A stretch of 64,000 nucleotides of DNA from Phycisphaeraceae bacterium (GTDB lineage Bacteria; Planctomycetota; Phycisphaerae; Phycisphaerales; UBA1924). The stretch lies in contig JACKHE010000005.1 in the NCBI GenBank assembly GCA_020639135.1, forward strand, positions 124,531-188,530, given 5' to 3'. The translations under genes and the position numbers were made by a program. The notes under the pieces are model-generated. The model was not told the origin of the DNA, ran no database searches, and saw only the letters and a list, made by a program, of their open reading frames with translations. Shown here piece by piece: positions 46,207 through 56,350 of the stretch. The number at the start of each line of letters is the position of its first letter. The stretch's first letter is position 1.

Positions 46207-46404
46207 CACTAGCGATGATTTTAGTGATTCCGTGGGGTTTGGGAAGGGGGAAATCCGGTTGAGGTGTCGGCGGCGTTCCATGACTTGAGGCCGTGAACAG
46301 GGGTGGCTCGGATACGGGAGGACCGATCACGGCGACGTCGGAACGTGAGCCTCCTCGCGCCGCCGGGCAGCGTGAGCTGTCCGGGGGCTTTGCGGTCGAG
46401 ATCT

Positions 46405-46911
46405 ATGACTGATCCCTCATCAGAACAACCCGCCGGTGTCGTGGTCGAACACAAGCAGCCGCCGGTCCGCCAGAGTTTCGCCGAGGGGTTCGCGACAAGG
46501 GTGATCGAGGCAGCGGGCGGGTCGAGCAGGCGGAAGATCGCATCTCTGATCGCGGACCACTTCCAGACCAGCGCCGAGACTGTCCGGCGGTACCTCAACG
46601 GCGATACCCCCAGCGCGGAGTTCATTCTGGCGATCTGCGAGGCGACCGGGACACGCGCCGACTGGCTCCTCTTTGGCAGAGGGGAGCGGACCCCGTCTCA
46701 CGAATACACGCGGGTGCTCCGCGAAGCGGATGCGATCGAACTCGTCGAGGAACTCCTGCGGCGCGTCCGCGAAAAACGAATCGAGCCGGCGGGTGGGGAA
46801 CCGGATGCGTTCCAGCTGGACAACGCGATCGAGATGTTATTCCAGGACAACGAAAAACCGGTCGATCGGGGTTCCGCCGGGGAAGTAATGGACCACGCCG
46901 CCGATGACTGA
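46405..46911 (+). CDS. XRE/Cro-like HTH protein
   Basis: ATG 46405. RRKIASLIADHFQTSAETVRRYLNGDTPSAEFILAICEATGTRADWLLFG. Confidence 0.6.
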   Translation: MTDPSSEQPAGVVVEHKQPPVRQSFAEGFATRVIEAAGGSSRRKIASLIADHFQTSAETVRRYLNGDTPSAEFILAICEATGTRADWLLFGRGERTPSHEYTRVLREADAIELVEELLRRVREKRIEPAGGEPDAFQLDNAIEMLFQDNEKPVDRGSAGEVMDHAADD

Positions 46912-47204
46912 CGGTCTTTCTGTGCGGACGAGCTTTCAAGAATCCTACGGCGTCGTGTTCATAGGCCCCTTGGCCTCCGATCGTCCGGTGAGAAACGCGC
47001 TAGGTGTAGTTGACGACGCGTGGCGCCGGGACGCCGGTGGAATCCCCTGGTTGCTCGTGGCTTGGGAGTTTTCTGGGATCAGCTGGGGCCGGGGGCTGCG
47101 GTTTTTTCGGTTTGTAGGTGGTGGGCCCTGTTCTGCGCGCACCCCGGCGCCGGCGGGCTCGGTGTTGTGGTTCTTGTTTTTGCGGGGTGGGGAAGGGTGA
47201 TCTC

Positions 47205-47942
47205 ATGAAGAAGACTCTGCTGTTCGGGCTGCTCCTGCTGGGTGTCACGGCGTGCGTCGCGGGCGGCTGCGCTTCGAGCAAGCTGCCGGTGTCTGGCGCG
47301 TACCGCTCCAGGGATATCGGGAGAAAGAATCCGATCGAGCCGGTGGCATTTGAGGATGGTGTGCTCGGGATCGCCTACATCCAGGGCGTCACGATCAACC
47401 CGGCGGATCGCGATAACTCACTCGAATACGACGCCGAAAAGGTGGAGGCGGCCGCGAACAAGTACGTGCGGTCCGTGATCGGGGAGAGCGGGTTGCTGCG
47501 CATCACGCAGAACGAGGAGCGGGCGACGCTCGCCGTCATCGCGGACGTCACCCAGATCACCTGGCGCAGCGGGACGCAGGACGACACCGGACTGATCGAC
47601 ATCTTCGACGATACGAAATACGACGAGGAGAACCACCGCAAGGGGAGCTGGATCGAGATCAACATGGAGCTCACGTTCCTGGAGATCCGGACCGGCGACT
47701 TCATCGCCAGCGCTTCAGCGGTCGGCGTGCTGTGTCGTGAGGACGGTGAGTCCGTGCAACGGATCGAGATCTCTGGCGGAGGAATCGGAAGGGGCGGCTC
47801 CAAGTACATCATGACCCCGGTTGACGGCACCGATGTGCCCACCGCGGTCCAGCTGGCGCTCGTCGGGTCCACCGAGCTCTGCCGATCGCAGCTCCTGCGG
47901 CATTTCGGCCAGGACGTCGCGTCCGCCCCGACCGGGGATTGA
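47205..47942 (+). CDS. lipoprotein, unknown function
   Basis: GGAAGGG upstream, ATG 47205. MKKTLLFGLLLLGVTACVAGGC (signal plus lipobox-like Cys). Confidence 0.65.
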   Translation: MKKTLLFGLLLLGVTACVAGGCASSKLPVSGAYRSRDIGRKNPIEPVAFEDGVLGIAYIQGVTINPADRDNSLEYDAEKVEAAANKYVRSVIGESGLLRITQNEERATLAVIADVTQITWRSGTQDDTGLIDIFDDTKYDEENHRKGSWIEINMELTFLEIRTGDFIASASAVGVLCREDGESVQRIEISGGGIGRGGSKYIMTPVDGTDVPTAVQLALVGSTELCRSQLLRHFGQDVASAPTGD

Positions 47943-47968
47943 TCGGTCACGCCGCCACGGATCGTGCC

Positions 47969-49948
47969 ATGTCCAGCGACAACCCCAGAGTCGAGACCAT
48001 TGGGCCGATGCGGCCCGCCGGTTTTCCCGCAGGGGAGCCGCCGCCGTCCGCTGATGATTCGGGTCACGGGGCGAGCGGTGACGCCGGGAAACACAGGGGA
48101 GAATCGTGCCCGTTCTGCCGGCACACGATTTCCAAGGCGGTCTTCAAGCGCCTGTGCAACGAGCACAAGAACGCCACGGAGAAGGGCATAACCGACGAGG
48201 ACCGGATGCTCCGGTTCTACTGGTTGATGGAGACGAAGCAGGACATCATCAGGTGGGTCCGGCTGTCAATCGTCGGGGTCATCGTCGTCCTGATCCTCGC
48301 CGTCGTTTCGGCGTTGCTCCCCGCTTACCTCAGCCTGCTCCGGAGCGACGCGCTCATCGACAATGCGAACGGAAAGATCCTCGAAGCCTCCAAGAAGCTC
48401 TCCGAACTGGACGGGATCCTCCGATCCGACACCGTCGCGCAGTTGCCGGGATTGCTGGACCGGGCGGCCGAGGTGGACCGCACGCTGGAGGAGCTCGAAT
48501 CCAAGCTCGCGGACTCGAGCTCGCGCATCGCGGACCTGAACGAGAGTGCCACAGTCTTCGTGAAGCAGGACATCAAGGGCCTCGAAGACCGGCTCCGGCG
48601 AGAGATCGCGTCCCTCCGATCCGAATTAGCCTCCGGGCCCTCCGCTGGGGGAGTCTCTGTTGCGGCTCGATCGGCGCCAACTCCGGCTCCGGTGCAGCCC
48701 GTATCTGGGGACTCCCGCTTGCCGACCACCGTCTTCGACACCCAGGCGACACTCGAATGGATCCTGCCCGAGGCCTTGGAGGGCGACACTTGTCGCATCG
48801 ACGTCTGGCTGAGCGACCCGGACGGCGGGGCCGAGCCCCAGCCGTTCTACGCGACCGGGACGCGATTCGATCTCAAACGAGCGGATATTGCTGGATTTGC
48901 GCCGGGCCGTCTCTGGTGGCGCGTCACCGCGCTCGGCGAAGGCGGCGCGGAATACCGCGGGCCCGTCGCGTCCTTCGACCTCTACCGCAACGCGCTGGAG
49001 CGGATCCTCTCGCGGGGCGAGATCCGTGTCGGGGTGTCCCCGTCCGATGACGGGCTCTTCGTCCACGAGCAAACTGTCGGCGCGTCGAGCGACTCGACCA
49101 ACGCGCTCTCGGGCTTCGACATCGAGCTGACGCGTTGGGTCGCGGAAGAGCTCCCCTCCCAACTCCGGCGCGAGCTGGAGACGAGCCAGGCGCGGGGGGA
49201 CGACGCGATGCTGGTCGAACGCTTCCTGCGAGAGCACGGCACGATCGGCGTCCGGTACATCCGGCGGGACTGGAACGCGCTCTTCGCCGCGCTGCAATCA
49301 GCCGAAGTGGATTGCATCGCCTCCGGGATCACCGCGACCGACGCGCGCAGGGAGCGGTTCTCAATGGTGTTCACGGCGCCGTATTACACCACTGTCCAGT
49401 GCGCGATCATCCGCAAGGACCGGGCGCCAACGCACTCCAGCGAGCTCGCGGGCAAACGCTTCGCCATCGTCAAGGGCACAACAAGCCACGCCGCCGCGAA
49501 GCTCTACCGGCCCCAGTCCATCGCCCAGCTCGACCGGACGGACCAGGTGCTCAGCGCTGTGGTGCGGGGGGAGGCGGAAGTGGGGTTCGCGGACTACACC
49601 TTCGCCTGGCAGTCGTTGAAGGCGCTCGGCCTCAGCGGCCGCGTGGAGTTGCTTGCGCTCACACCCGAGAGCGCTTCCGATCCTGTCGGCGCGGTCGCGT
49701 TCGAGGAGCCGTACGCCATGGCCGTTCCCGACGTGGACGCCACGCTCCTGGCGGCGATCAACGGGCTGCTCCAGAGCGACGCCGGCCACGAGGCGCTCCG
49801 CCGCATGCGCGCCCGATCCAACCTCCCGTCCGAGGCGCCCGCCGCGCAGATGCCCGCGTGGTCCGCGGCCCTCGGGGCCGCCGGCGCCGCTGGGCTCGAC
49901 GCGGATGCTCCCATCAATACAAGCGCCGCGCCGCGATCGGACCCGTGA
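47969..49948 (+). CDS. membrane-anchored protein with periplasmic solute-binding (SBP family 3) domain
   Basis: TM segment VRLSIVGVIVVLILAVVSALL, then coiled coil. C-terminal GEIRVGVSPSDDGLF...GFDIELTRWVAEEL...DCIASGITATDARRERF..FTAPYY...GKRFAIVKGTT. Confidence 0.7.
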   Translation: MSSDNPRVETIGPMRPAGFPAGEPPPSADDSGHGASGDAGKHRGESCPFCRHTISKAVFKRLCNEHKNATEKGITDEDRMLRFYWLMETKQDIIRWVRLSIVGVIVVLILAVVSALLPAYLSLLRSDALIDNANGKILEASKKLSELDGILRSDTVAQLPGLLDRAAEVDRTLEELESKLADSSSRIADLNESATVFVKQDIKGLEDRLRREIASLRSELASGPSAGGVSVAARSAPTPAPVQPVSGDSRLPTTVFDTQATLEWILPEALEGDTCRIDVWLSDPDGGAEPQPFYATGTRFDLKRADIAGFAPGRLWWRVTALGEGGAEYRGPVASFDLYRNALERILSRGEIRVGVSPSDDGLFVHEQTVGASSDSTNALSGFDIELTRWVAEELPSQLRRELETSQARGDDAMLVERFLREHGTIGVRYIRRDWNALFAALQSAEVDCIASGITATDARRERFSMVFTAPYYTTVQCAIIRKDRAPTHSSELAGKRFAIVKGTTSHAAAKLYRPQSIAQLDRTDQVLSAVVRGEAEVGFADYTFAWQSLKALGLSGRVELLALTPESASDPVGAVAFEEPYAMAVPDVDATLLAAINGLLQSDAGHEALRRMRARSNLPSEAPAAQMPAWSAALGAAGAAGLDADAPINTSAAPRSDP

Positions 49949-50015
49949 TGCGTCCCGACTCCCCGGCGCTGGACCCGTCCATCACCCCGTGATCCGTTGA
50001 AGGAGCTCGCCCGGC

Positions 50016-51278
50016 ATGCCATATCCCACACGAAATCGGAGCAGATCCGGATTCAACACGATCGCCACCCTGTTGTGCGCCGTGGCGTGGCTGTGCAGCG
50101 CGTCCCGCTCGCCCGCGGACGTGATCACGATCTGCACGTTCAACGTCTACAAGCTCGGCGCCGTCGATCCCAAGTACGAAGATCTGGAGTTCGGGGACGG
50201 CGAGGAGATCCCGCAGCGAATCCTCAATCTTGCCGACGTGCTCACGGTCGATCGGTTCGATCTCATCTGCCTGCAAGAGGTCTACGCCGGCGCCCGAGGC
50301 GAGGCGGTCATCGACGACCTCGTCCAGGCCCTCGACACCCGCCACGGCCTTCGGTACCGGTCACTGCTCTCGGAGCACATCGGACGCGGGCTGATGCCAG
50401 AGGCCATCGCGTTCCTCTACGACCCGGCCGTGGTGCGGCCGCTGCCCGTGGGTTCGGCGGGGCAGAAGACGGAGAACATCCCCATCCCAGGCCGGGACCT
50501 CGTCAAGACCGCCTGGGTCGCCGGTGACTTCGACTTCACGCTGGTTGCGGCGCACCTCGCCTGGGGGGATGAGGACGACCGGGACGCGGGGTACCGGCAG
50601 ATCCGGGAGATCCTCACGGACCCGGCTTCGTTCTCGGGGGACCCGGACGTGCTGGTGCTGGGCGACTTCAACCGCTTCGGCAAGGGCTTCAGCTCGGTGG
50701 ACTTCCTCGACCACCACCCGGGCGAGTTCTTCGTGCCCAACATCCAGTTCTTCGACCCGGCGGTGCACGAGCGGAAAACCGTGACCAAGTCGTCGATCAC
50801 CGGCAAGGGCGTGCCTGACGACGACCCCCAGCTGCTCTCGACGACGGTGGCGCCGAACCGCTACGTCTACGACATGGTTCTCTTCACGCCGGACGCGGCC
50901 GAGGAGTACACCGCGGGCTCGGCTCCCGGCTCGCTCGGCGTCGACTTCGGGATCGTCTACTTCGATGAGCCGGGCAGGTTCGGGCACCAGCCGGGCGCAG
51001 ACAGCCTCGGCCACAACGAGCTCAAGGAAGCGTACTCCGATCACCGGCCGCTCTTCATTCGTTTTTTCACCGACACGGGCAACGCCGACGGTGAGACGCC
51101 GACAGTTGCAGCGACCACCGAGTTCGTCGGCACGCAGTCCGGGACCCGGTTCCACCTTCCCGGCTGCCGGACGATCCGAAACAGCGTCATCACCGAGCGC
51201 TGGGCGACGGCCGAGGACGCCCTGGCCGACCGCAGGGCGTGCGGCGTCTGCAAGCCGCTGCAGAACTCCGGCCTGTAA
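50016..51278 (+). CDS. endonuclease/exonuclease/phosphatase (EEP) family protein with Ada-type Zn-binding tail
   Basis: Signal-like N-terminus. ITICTFNVYKL, DLICLQEV, LVAAHLAWG, VLVLGDFNRF, YSDHRPLFIRF. C-terminal FHLPGC...CGVC. Confidence 0.8.
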   Translation: MPYPTRNRSRSGFNTIATLLCAVAWLCSASRSPADVITICTFNVYKLGAVDPKYEDLEFGDGEEIPQRILNLADVLTVDRFDLICLQEVYAGARGEAVIDDLVQALDTRHGLRYRSLLSEHIGRGLMPEAIAFLYDPAVVRPLPVGSAGQKTENIPIPGRDLVKTAWVAGDFDFTLVAAHLAWGDEDDRDAGYRQIREILTDPASFSGDPDVLVLGDFNRFGKGFSSVDFLDHHPGEFFVPNIQFFDPAVHERKTVTKSSITGKGVPDDDPQLLSTTVAPNRYVYDMVLFTPDAAEEYTAGSAPGSLGVDFGIVYFDEPGRFGHQPGADSLGHNELKEAYSDHRPLFIRFFTDTGNADGETPTVAATTEFVGTQSGTRFHLPGCRTIRNSVITERWATAEDALADRRACGVCKPLQNSGL

Positions 51279-51332
51279 CCGAAACCGACGCGCGATCGTC
51301 AGCGCACGGAAGCCCAGGGAGACCCACCGCTG

Positions 51333-52409
51333 GTGAAGAACATCGTGATCTGCTGCGACGGGACGTCCAACGCCCCGCACACGGGCCGGACGAACGTGAT
51401 GAAGCTCTGGCTGATGCTGGAGCGAGACCCGAGCCAGGTCGTGTATTACGACCCGGGCGTGGGCGTGCTCGACAGCCCGTCCCGCCTGACGCGTGTGGGG
51501 CGATGGATCAACCGCACGGCCGACCTCGCCGCGGGGAGCGGGCTCGGGCAGAACGTCATCGAGGCGTACCTCTACCTGGCGCGCGTCTGGGCGCCCGGAG
51601 ACCGGGTGTACCTCTTCGGGTTCAGCCGCGGCGCGTACACCGTACGGGCGCTGGCGGGGATGCTCCGGTTCGTCGGGCTCGCCGACCCGGACGTCCCCAA
51701 CTTCGTCCCGTACCTCTGGCACGTCTACTCCAACACCGGCGGCGTCCCGGCCAGGTTCAAGCGGCGCATCCGCACCGCCTCGCAACTCAAGACCTTCAAC
51801 CGGAAGCCGCGGGTCACGCTCCTCGGCGTCTGGGACACCGTGAGTTCCTGGGGGTGGTACTTCGATTTCAAGACGCTGCCCAACACCGCCAAGTGCCCGA
51901 ACGTCGACCACATCCGCCACGCGGTGGCCATCAACGAGCGCCGGGCCGCGTTCGCGGAGAACCTCTTCGACCCCGGAAAGAACCGCGATCTGCAGGAGGT
52001 GTGGTTCGCGGGCACGCACTGCGATGTGGGGGGCGGGCACCCCGAGCCCGAGAGCGGCCTCTCGAAGATCCCGCTCGTCTGGATGATCGACGAGGCCGTG
52101 TCGCTCGGGCTCCGCGTCGATCCGGTGATGCGGAACAAGCTCCTCGGCGGCGCCAACAGGAAGGGCCGGACACAGTACAGCGCGCCGGACGCGCTGGCGC
52201 CGTTGCACCGCTCGATGAGAGGGCTCTGGCCCCTCCTGGAGTTCCTGCCCCACCGCGTCTGGATCGGCAGCGTCGGAGAACGCGTCTGGCGCCTGCATTG
52301 TTTCAGACGACGGAAGTTCAGGGCCGAGGGCTCGGCCGTGCACCTGAGCGTCGGAGCGCGTCGACGGGGGCTCGGGTACTCGGCGCCGGACATCGCAACT
52401 CGTCTTTGA
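51333..52409 (+). CDS. DUF2235 (Tle1-like alpha/beta hydrolase) family protein
   Basis: GTG start. IVICCDGTSN, VVYYDPGVG, YLFGFSRGAYTVRALAGM, VWFAGTHCDVGGG. Confidence 0.8.
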   Translation: MKNIVICCDGTSNAPHTGRTNVMKLWLMLERDPSQVVYYDPGVGVLDSPSRLTRVGRWINRTADLAAGSGLGQNVIEAYLYLARVWAPGDRVYLFGFSRGAYTVRALAGMLRFVGLADPDVPNFVPYLWHVYSNTGGVPARFKRRIRTASQLKTFNRKPRVTLLGVWDTVSSWGWYFDFKTLPNTAKCPNVDHIRHAVAINERRAAFAENLFDPGKNRDLQEVWFAGTHCDVGGGHPEPESGLSKIPLVWMIDEAVSLGLRVDPVMRNKLLGGANRKGRTQYSAPDALAPLHRSMRGLWPLLEFLPHRVWIGSVGERVWRLHCFRRRKFRAEGSAVHLSVGARRRGLGYSAPDIATRL

Positions 52410-52787
52410 TTCGACCCGCCGACCAGTAATTGCCTGATTGTATATTTGAGGTCAGAGGAAGGGTGCGCGTGCAAGCGACTATTGAGAAGCTCACCTTGAT
52501 GAATCGTTCCGATGACATGGTCCGAGAGTGCCCGGAAACTGTAAAAGACATGAGCGAGTTCTATCAGTGAAGATAGGTCGGCCGATCAATCAAATCCTTC
52601 ATTGCCAACTGGCCGAGATCGGGCAACTCCACTCACACCAGATCAAGAAACTCCGGTGGGTGGTCCGAGGACTCGATTGGAGTTTGAGCCGACATCGGGG
52701 CGTCATGTCGAGATAAGAAAGTCCGAAGTGAATCGATGGTTGAGCAAGTTCTATCTCCCTGTACATCACTGTTGCGAACTTTCAAAA

Positions 52788-53384
52788 TCACGGCTCCAGT
52801 TTCGTCTTCCATAACCGTGCCCATTCTCGCCACTCCGTATCGCCACGCATCGCGATGTCGTCGAGCATCGAGAGGGTCGTTTCGTCTATGCGTCCGCTCC
52901 GGATCTGCAGCCGGGTCTTGCCCTCGATCGCCGGCAGGTGCCCATCGAAGACGGCCAGGGCGGCGTCGTACGCGGAGATCGCTTCGTCGAAGCGACCGGC
53001 GCGTTCGAGGGTCATCGCGAGGTTGACGCGCGGCGCCGGGTGACCCGGCATGAGCTTCCGGGCCCACTCGAACTCGTTGGCGGCCTCGTAGAGCTCGCCT
53101 CGGTCGAGCAGGATGACGCCGAGGTTGTTGTGGGCGGGGCCGTGGTAGAGGTCGGCGGCGAGGCACTCGCGCAGGAGCCGCTCCGCCTCTTCGCGCTCGT
53201 CGGGATCGAGGCGGCGCACCCGGGCGTACAGCTCTCTCGCCAGGACCGGGTCTCGCTGGATCGTTGAATCGAACGAGGAATACGGGCTCCGCGTGCTGTT
53301 CGCGCACCCGGCGATGCCCGCGGCGAGCGCGACTGCAGTTGAAAGGAGCATCATGGCGGTTCGGATCTCGAATCGTCGCTTCAT
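52788..53384 (-). CDS. TPR-repeat lipoprotein (last gene of the T2SS operon)
   Basis: Lipobox LAAGIAGC. TPR-like LYHGPAHNNLGVILLDRGELYEAANEFEWA. Confidence 0.75.
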   Translation of the reverse strand: MKRRFEIRTAMMLLSTAVALAAGIAGCANSTRSPYSSFDSTIQRDPVLARELYARVRRLDPDEREEAERLLRECLAADLYHGPAHNNLGVILLDRGELYEAANEFEWARKLMPGHPAPRVNLAMTLERAGRFDEAISAYDAALAVFDGHLPAIEGKTRLQIRSGRIDETTLSMLDDIAMRGDTEWREWARLWKTKLEP

Positions 53385-53962
53385 GAAGAGGTTTCCTGTG
53401 AACTGACTCTGTTCGTGAGATGGATGCGCTCCAGCGTGATGGACGCGGCATAGTCGTCCGAGGGGGGGTTCGGATCATGGGCGCCCGACCGCTGGGTTCG
53501 CTGGCTTTCGGCCTGCCGGTCGAGCCGGACCGAGCGGATGGTCCAGAGCGGCTCGCTCCGGGTCCACTGGTTGAGCCAACGGGCGAGGTCCGGCGCCCGG
53601 ATCGGCTCGACAGTGATTGCGACGACCTGCTTCGAGAGATCGGCGCCCCGGATCGGCGATGGGGCCTGCGCACTGATTCGCGTCAGGTGGTCGGGGCTGA
53701 CGCCGGTGAGGTGCAGGGTGTTGTGGAGCCTGGCTACGAGGTCGGGCTCGGGGCTGGGGCGGTCGCCCACGGAGGCCTGGCGGCGCAGCAGGTCCTGGAG
53801 ACGGAGCGCGGTGGCCCGGGTCGCCTCCAAGTCATCTTCGGCGCGCTGTGCGGCGTCGATCGCGCGAGCGGATCGACCCGTGGCGACGACCGGCGCCAGC
53901 AAAGCGATGGTCAGCAGCACGGCGAGCGCGGCTCGCAGGTTGGATCGTTGCTGGGGGGTCAT
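53381..53962 (-). CDS. T2SS GspM-like protein
   Basis: Internal ATG at 53962 (ATGA overlap with the upstream gene). Single N-terminal TM segment LAVLLTIALLAPVVA. Called by size and operon position. Confidence 0.55.
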   Translation of the reverse strand: MTPQQRSNLRAALAVLLTIALLAPVVATGRSARAIDAAQRAEDDLEATRATALRLQDLLRRQASVGDRPSPEPDLVARLHNTLHLTGVSPDHLTRISAQAPSPIRGADLSKQVVAITVEPIRAPDLARWLNQWTRSEPLWTIRSVRLDRQAESQRTQRSGAHDPNPPSDDYAASITLERIHLTNRVSSQETSS

Positions 53963-54930
53963 GGCGCGCCCCCGTCGCTGCTCGAGAGGGCGCCGGGGCT
54001 GAACTGGATCGTGAAGCTGTACCCCTGCCGCGCTTTGGACGCCGAAGAGGAGCTCTTCGACCACGAGGGGGAGAACCCGGCCAGACGCAGGCTCACTTTC
54101 TCGAAGTCCTGGGGGTTGCGGACCGCGCCCTGGATCGTGAGCGAGTCCTGCTCCAACTGGATGCGGTCGATTACTGTCGGGACTTCGTCCGGCCATGCGG
54201 CGAGGAGCGCCGTCAGTGTGCCGCCCCGATCCTCCGCGGTGTAAGCAGCGCCGACACTCTCGCGGGTCTTCAGGAGCCTGCGGCGCTCGGCGGCCAGGGC
54301 GAGGCGCGGATCGAGCCCCGGTGGGGGGGTAACGCCGGTGAGCTTGAGTGCGTTCGCGGCAACACTGACGGCCTCGGTTCTGATGAGCTCGGCTCGCGCG
54401 ATCGCCGCGTCCGCTCTGCGGAGATGGCCGGTCGTCAGCAGGGCCGACGTCGTTAGCGCGGTCAGGATCACGGCCGCGGCGGCGATCGTCCGCCGGCGCG
54501 CCCGGCGCGGGCTCTCGAAGGCTCTGGAGCGGAACTCCAGCCGTTGAGCGATGGATGTAGTCCGGTCGCCGATGCCGGTGATCTTGTTGATGAGCGCGGG
54601 TGGCAATCCCCGAGGCCTGACCGATTCGATGTGATCGTTGCCGGACTCGTTGGCGTCAATCCAATCGCTGAGACGCTCCGATTCGGCGCCGCAGGCGATC
54701 CAGCAACCCGCCTCTCCGATCCAAGTAAAGCGGGGTTCGATCTCCTCCAACGGCGCGGGCAGCTGCGGCTCGAATGCGTAACGCAGGGCCTCATCGTTGA
54801 CACGCCTCGGCAGGCCTTCGAGAGCCGCCCAGTAGAGCAGCGACGGATCTACCAGCAGCGTCGCCTTGTCGGAGTTGAGGCCATCAACTCCGGCGGCGTT
54901 GCCCGTGTTGGTGGAAGGAGCGGCGGTCAT
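53959..54930 (-). CDS. T2SS GspL-like assembly protein
   Basis: Cytoplasmic N-domain, central TM segment (IAAAAVILTALTTSALLTTG), periplasmic C-domain. Called by operon position. Confidence 0.5.
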   Translation of the reverse strand: MTAAPSTNTGNAAGVDGLNSDKATLLVDPSLLYWAALEGLPRRVNDEALRYAFEPQLPAPLEEIEPRFTWIGEAGCWIACGAESERLSDWIDANESGNDHIESVRPRGLPPALINKITGIGDRTTSIAQRLEFRSRAFESPRRARRRTIAAAAVILTALTTSALLTTGHLRRADAAIARAELIRTEAVSVAANALKLTGVTPPPGLDPRLALAAERRRLLKTRESVGAAYTAEDRGGTLTALLAAWPDEVPTVIDRIQLEQDSLTIQGAVRNPQDFEKVSLRLAGFSPSWSKSSSSASKARQGYSFTIQFSPGALSSSDGGAP

Positions 54931-55412
54931 GGCGTCAGCTCCAGCCGCGCCTGCCTGCCCGCAACATCGAAGACCGCGGCGCGCTCCTCGATCGCGCTGA
55001 CGATCGGCCCCGAAGGGACCGCTTCACCGGCGGCGGCGGAAAAATACTCGCCGGCGGCGCGGTCGTAGCCGAAAACGCTACGCATGCCGCCGCTCATCGT
55101 GATGGCGATGAGATCAACCTCGAGTTTCGGCGGCGGCGGGGGCGCCGCCGATTCGACAGGGGATGATTCCGGGAAGAGCTCGTCGTTGAGGGAGACGGAG
55201 AGGACTCGGCTAGGGAAAGCCTCGTCGCCCGGAGCGGGTTGGTCCGCTGCGGCCGCCGCGATGAACGGCTGCACGGTGGTAAGATCCTGCGACGGCGGGG
55301 GCTCACTCGGAGCGAATGCCCAGAGCGCCGTGATGGCGACGACGCCCGAGCAGACGACCAGCGTGAATGCCGTCATGATCGAACCCGCGTGGTGCGCTCT
55401 CTTCAGATTCAC
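54927..55412 (-). CDS. membrane-anchored protein in the T2SS operon (GspC/PilP-like position, unassigned)
   Basis: GTG start overlapping the gspK stop. TM segment IMTAFTLVVCSGVVAITALWAF, then a Pro/Ala-rich linker. Confidence 0.45.
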   Translation of the reverse strand: MNLKRAHHAGSIMTAFTLVVCSGVVAITALWAFAPSEPPPSQDLTTVQPFIAAAAADQPAPGDEAFPSRVLSVSLNDELFPESSPVESAAPPPPPKLEVDLIAITMSGGMRSVFGYDRAAGEYFSAAAGEAVPSGPIVSAIEERAAVFDVAGRQARLELTP

Positions 55413-56350
55413 GGGGCGATCCTCCGCGACTCGGTGATCCGCCAGGCGCCGATCGTGTTCTTATCCGCGTTGTAGGCGACGCCGATCGACCCGTCGAGTT
55501 GGTCGGCGGGAAGCCGCTCGGCGACGACCCACCAGCGCAGCCGGACGCCGCGGGATTCGGCCGAGATCATGAACCCGATCGCGCTCGATGATGTCGTCAG
55601 CCGCACTCGTTTCGCGCCGCTTTGTTCATCTCGATCGGGTGTCTGGATCAGGGATCGGGGGATGGGCTCGCCGTCCCTCCGGCGGCGCAGGATCTCGCGC
55701 ACCGCGGCAGGGTCCAGCCCCCGCAGCGCGGCCTGGAGCAGCGGGAGCGGCGCCGTGGCGACGTTCAAGGCGCCGTCGCCGTGCGTGGTGACCCACTCCA
55801 CGAGGACGGCCCGATCGTGTGGGGGCGCCTCGCCGAACCAGCCCGGGAATGCGGCGACGACGTGCGGGGACGCGAGCGAACCGGCGAATGATTCGAGCAG
55901 GGGTCGCAGGTTCTTGAGATCCCCGAACTCCGGAGCCGAGACATGACCAACGCGCAGGCGTTGGATCTCCGATGGCAGACCCAATCCCGCGAACGTGCCG
56001 AGGCGATCGACACGGAGCCTCCCGCTGCAGTCGATCGCATGGACACGGACCATCAAACCGTCCGATTCTGCCTGGAAGACCGGAGCCCACCCCGACGGAT
56101 CATCCTGTGACGCGATCCAGCCGTCCGCGTCCCGGGCGGCCCACTCGAGCAGGGGCGGCGCAAGGTCGTCCACGAGGGAATCGACCTGTCGCAACTGGAG
56201 CATCTGGTTGACCTCTGCCGATCCGTCGAACGCGGCGCGGATGGCGCCGACTGTCAGCGTGGAGACGGTCACCAGGACCAGCAGCGCGATGAGCAGCGCG
56301 ACGCCGCGTCGTGATGCGTTCGAGCGGCTGGTCATCGGACGCGCTCCCAT
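55409..56350 (-). CDS. gspK: T2SS minor pseudopilin GspK
   Basis: RRGVALLIALLVLVTVSTLTVGAI N-terminus without a cleavable prepilin Gly-Phe/Met, ~310 aa. Position follows the I/J pseudopilins. Confidence 0.65.
   Translation of the reverse strand: MGARPMTSRSNASRRGVALLIALLVLVTVSTLTVGAIRAAFDGSAEVNQMLQLRQVDSLVDDLAPPLLEWAARDADGWIASQDDPSGWAPVFQAESDGLMVRVHAIDCSGRLRVDRLGTFAGLGLPSEIQRLRVGHVSAPEFGDLKNLRPLLESFAGSLASPHVVAAFPGWFGEAPPHDRAVLVEWVTTHGDGALNVATAPLPLLQAALRGLDPAAVREILRRRRDGEPIPRSLIQTPDRDEQSGAKRVRLTTSSSAIGFMISAESRGVRLRWWVVAERLPADQLDGSIGVAYNADKNTIGAWRITESRRIAP

Noticed and set aside
46207-46404. ECF-type promoter (GGAAC...CGGAT) upstream of the sigma gene
   Set aside because: The -10-like element does not match the usual CGTC/GTC core and the spacing is ambiguous. 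This is not supportable by eye.
50361-52343. 660-aa minus-strand ORF spanning the EEP and DUF2235 genes
   Set aside because: Arg/Pro/Gly/Ala-rich, low-complexity translation lying antisense to two ORFs with clear family motifs. This is a typical high-GC shadow ORF. The same reasoning applies to 33553-35016 (-), 52633-53673 (-), 16663-17709 (-), 36328-37455 (+), 24225-25049 (+), 58798-59913 (+), 59814-60689 (+), 60762-61466 (+) and the other R-rich overlaps.
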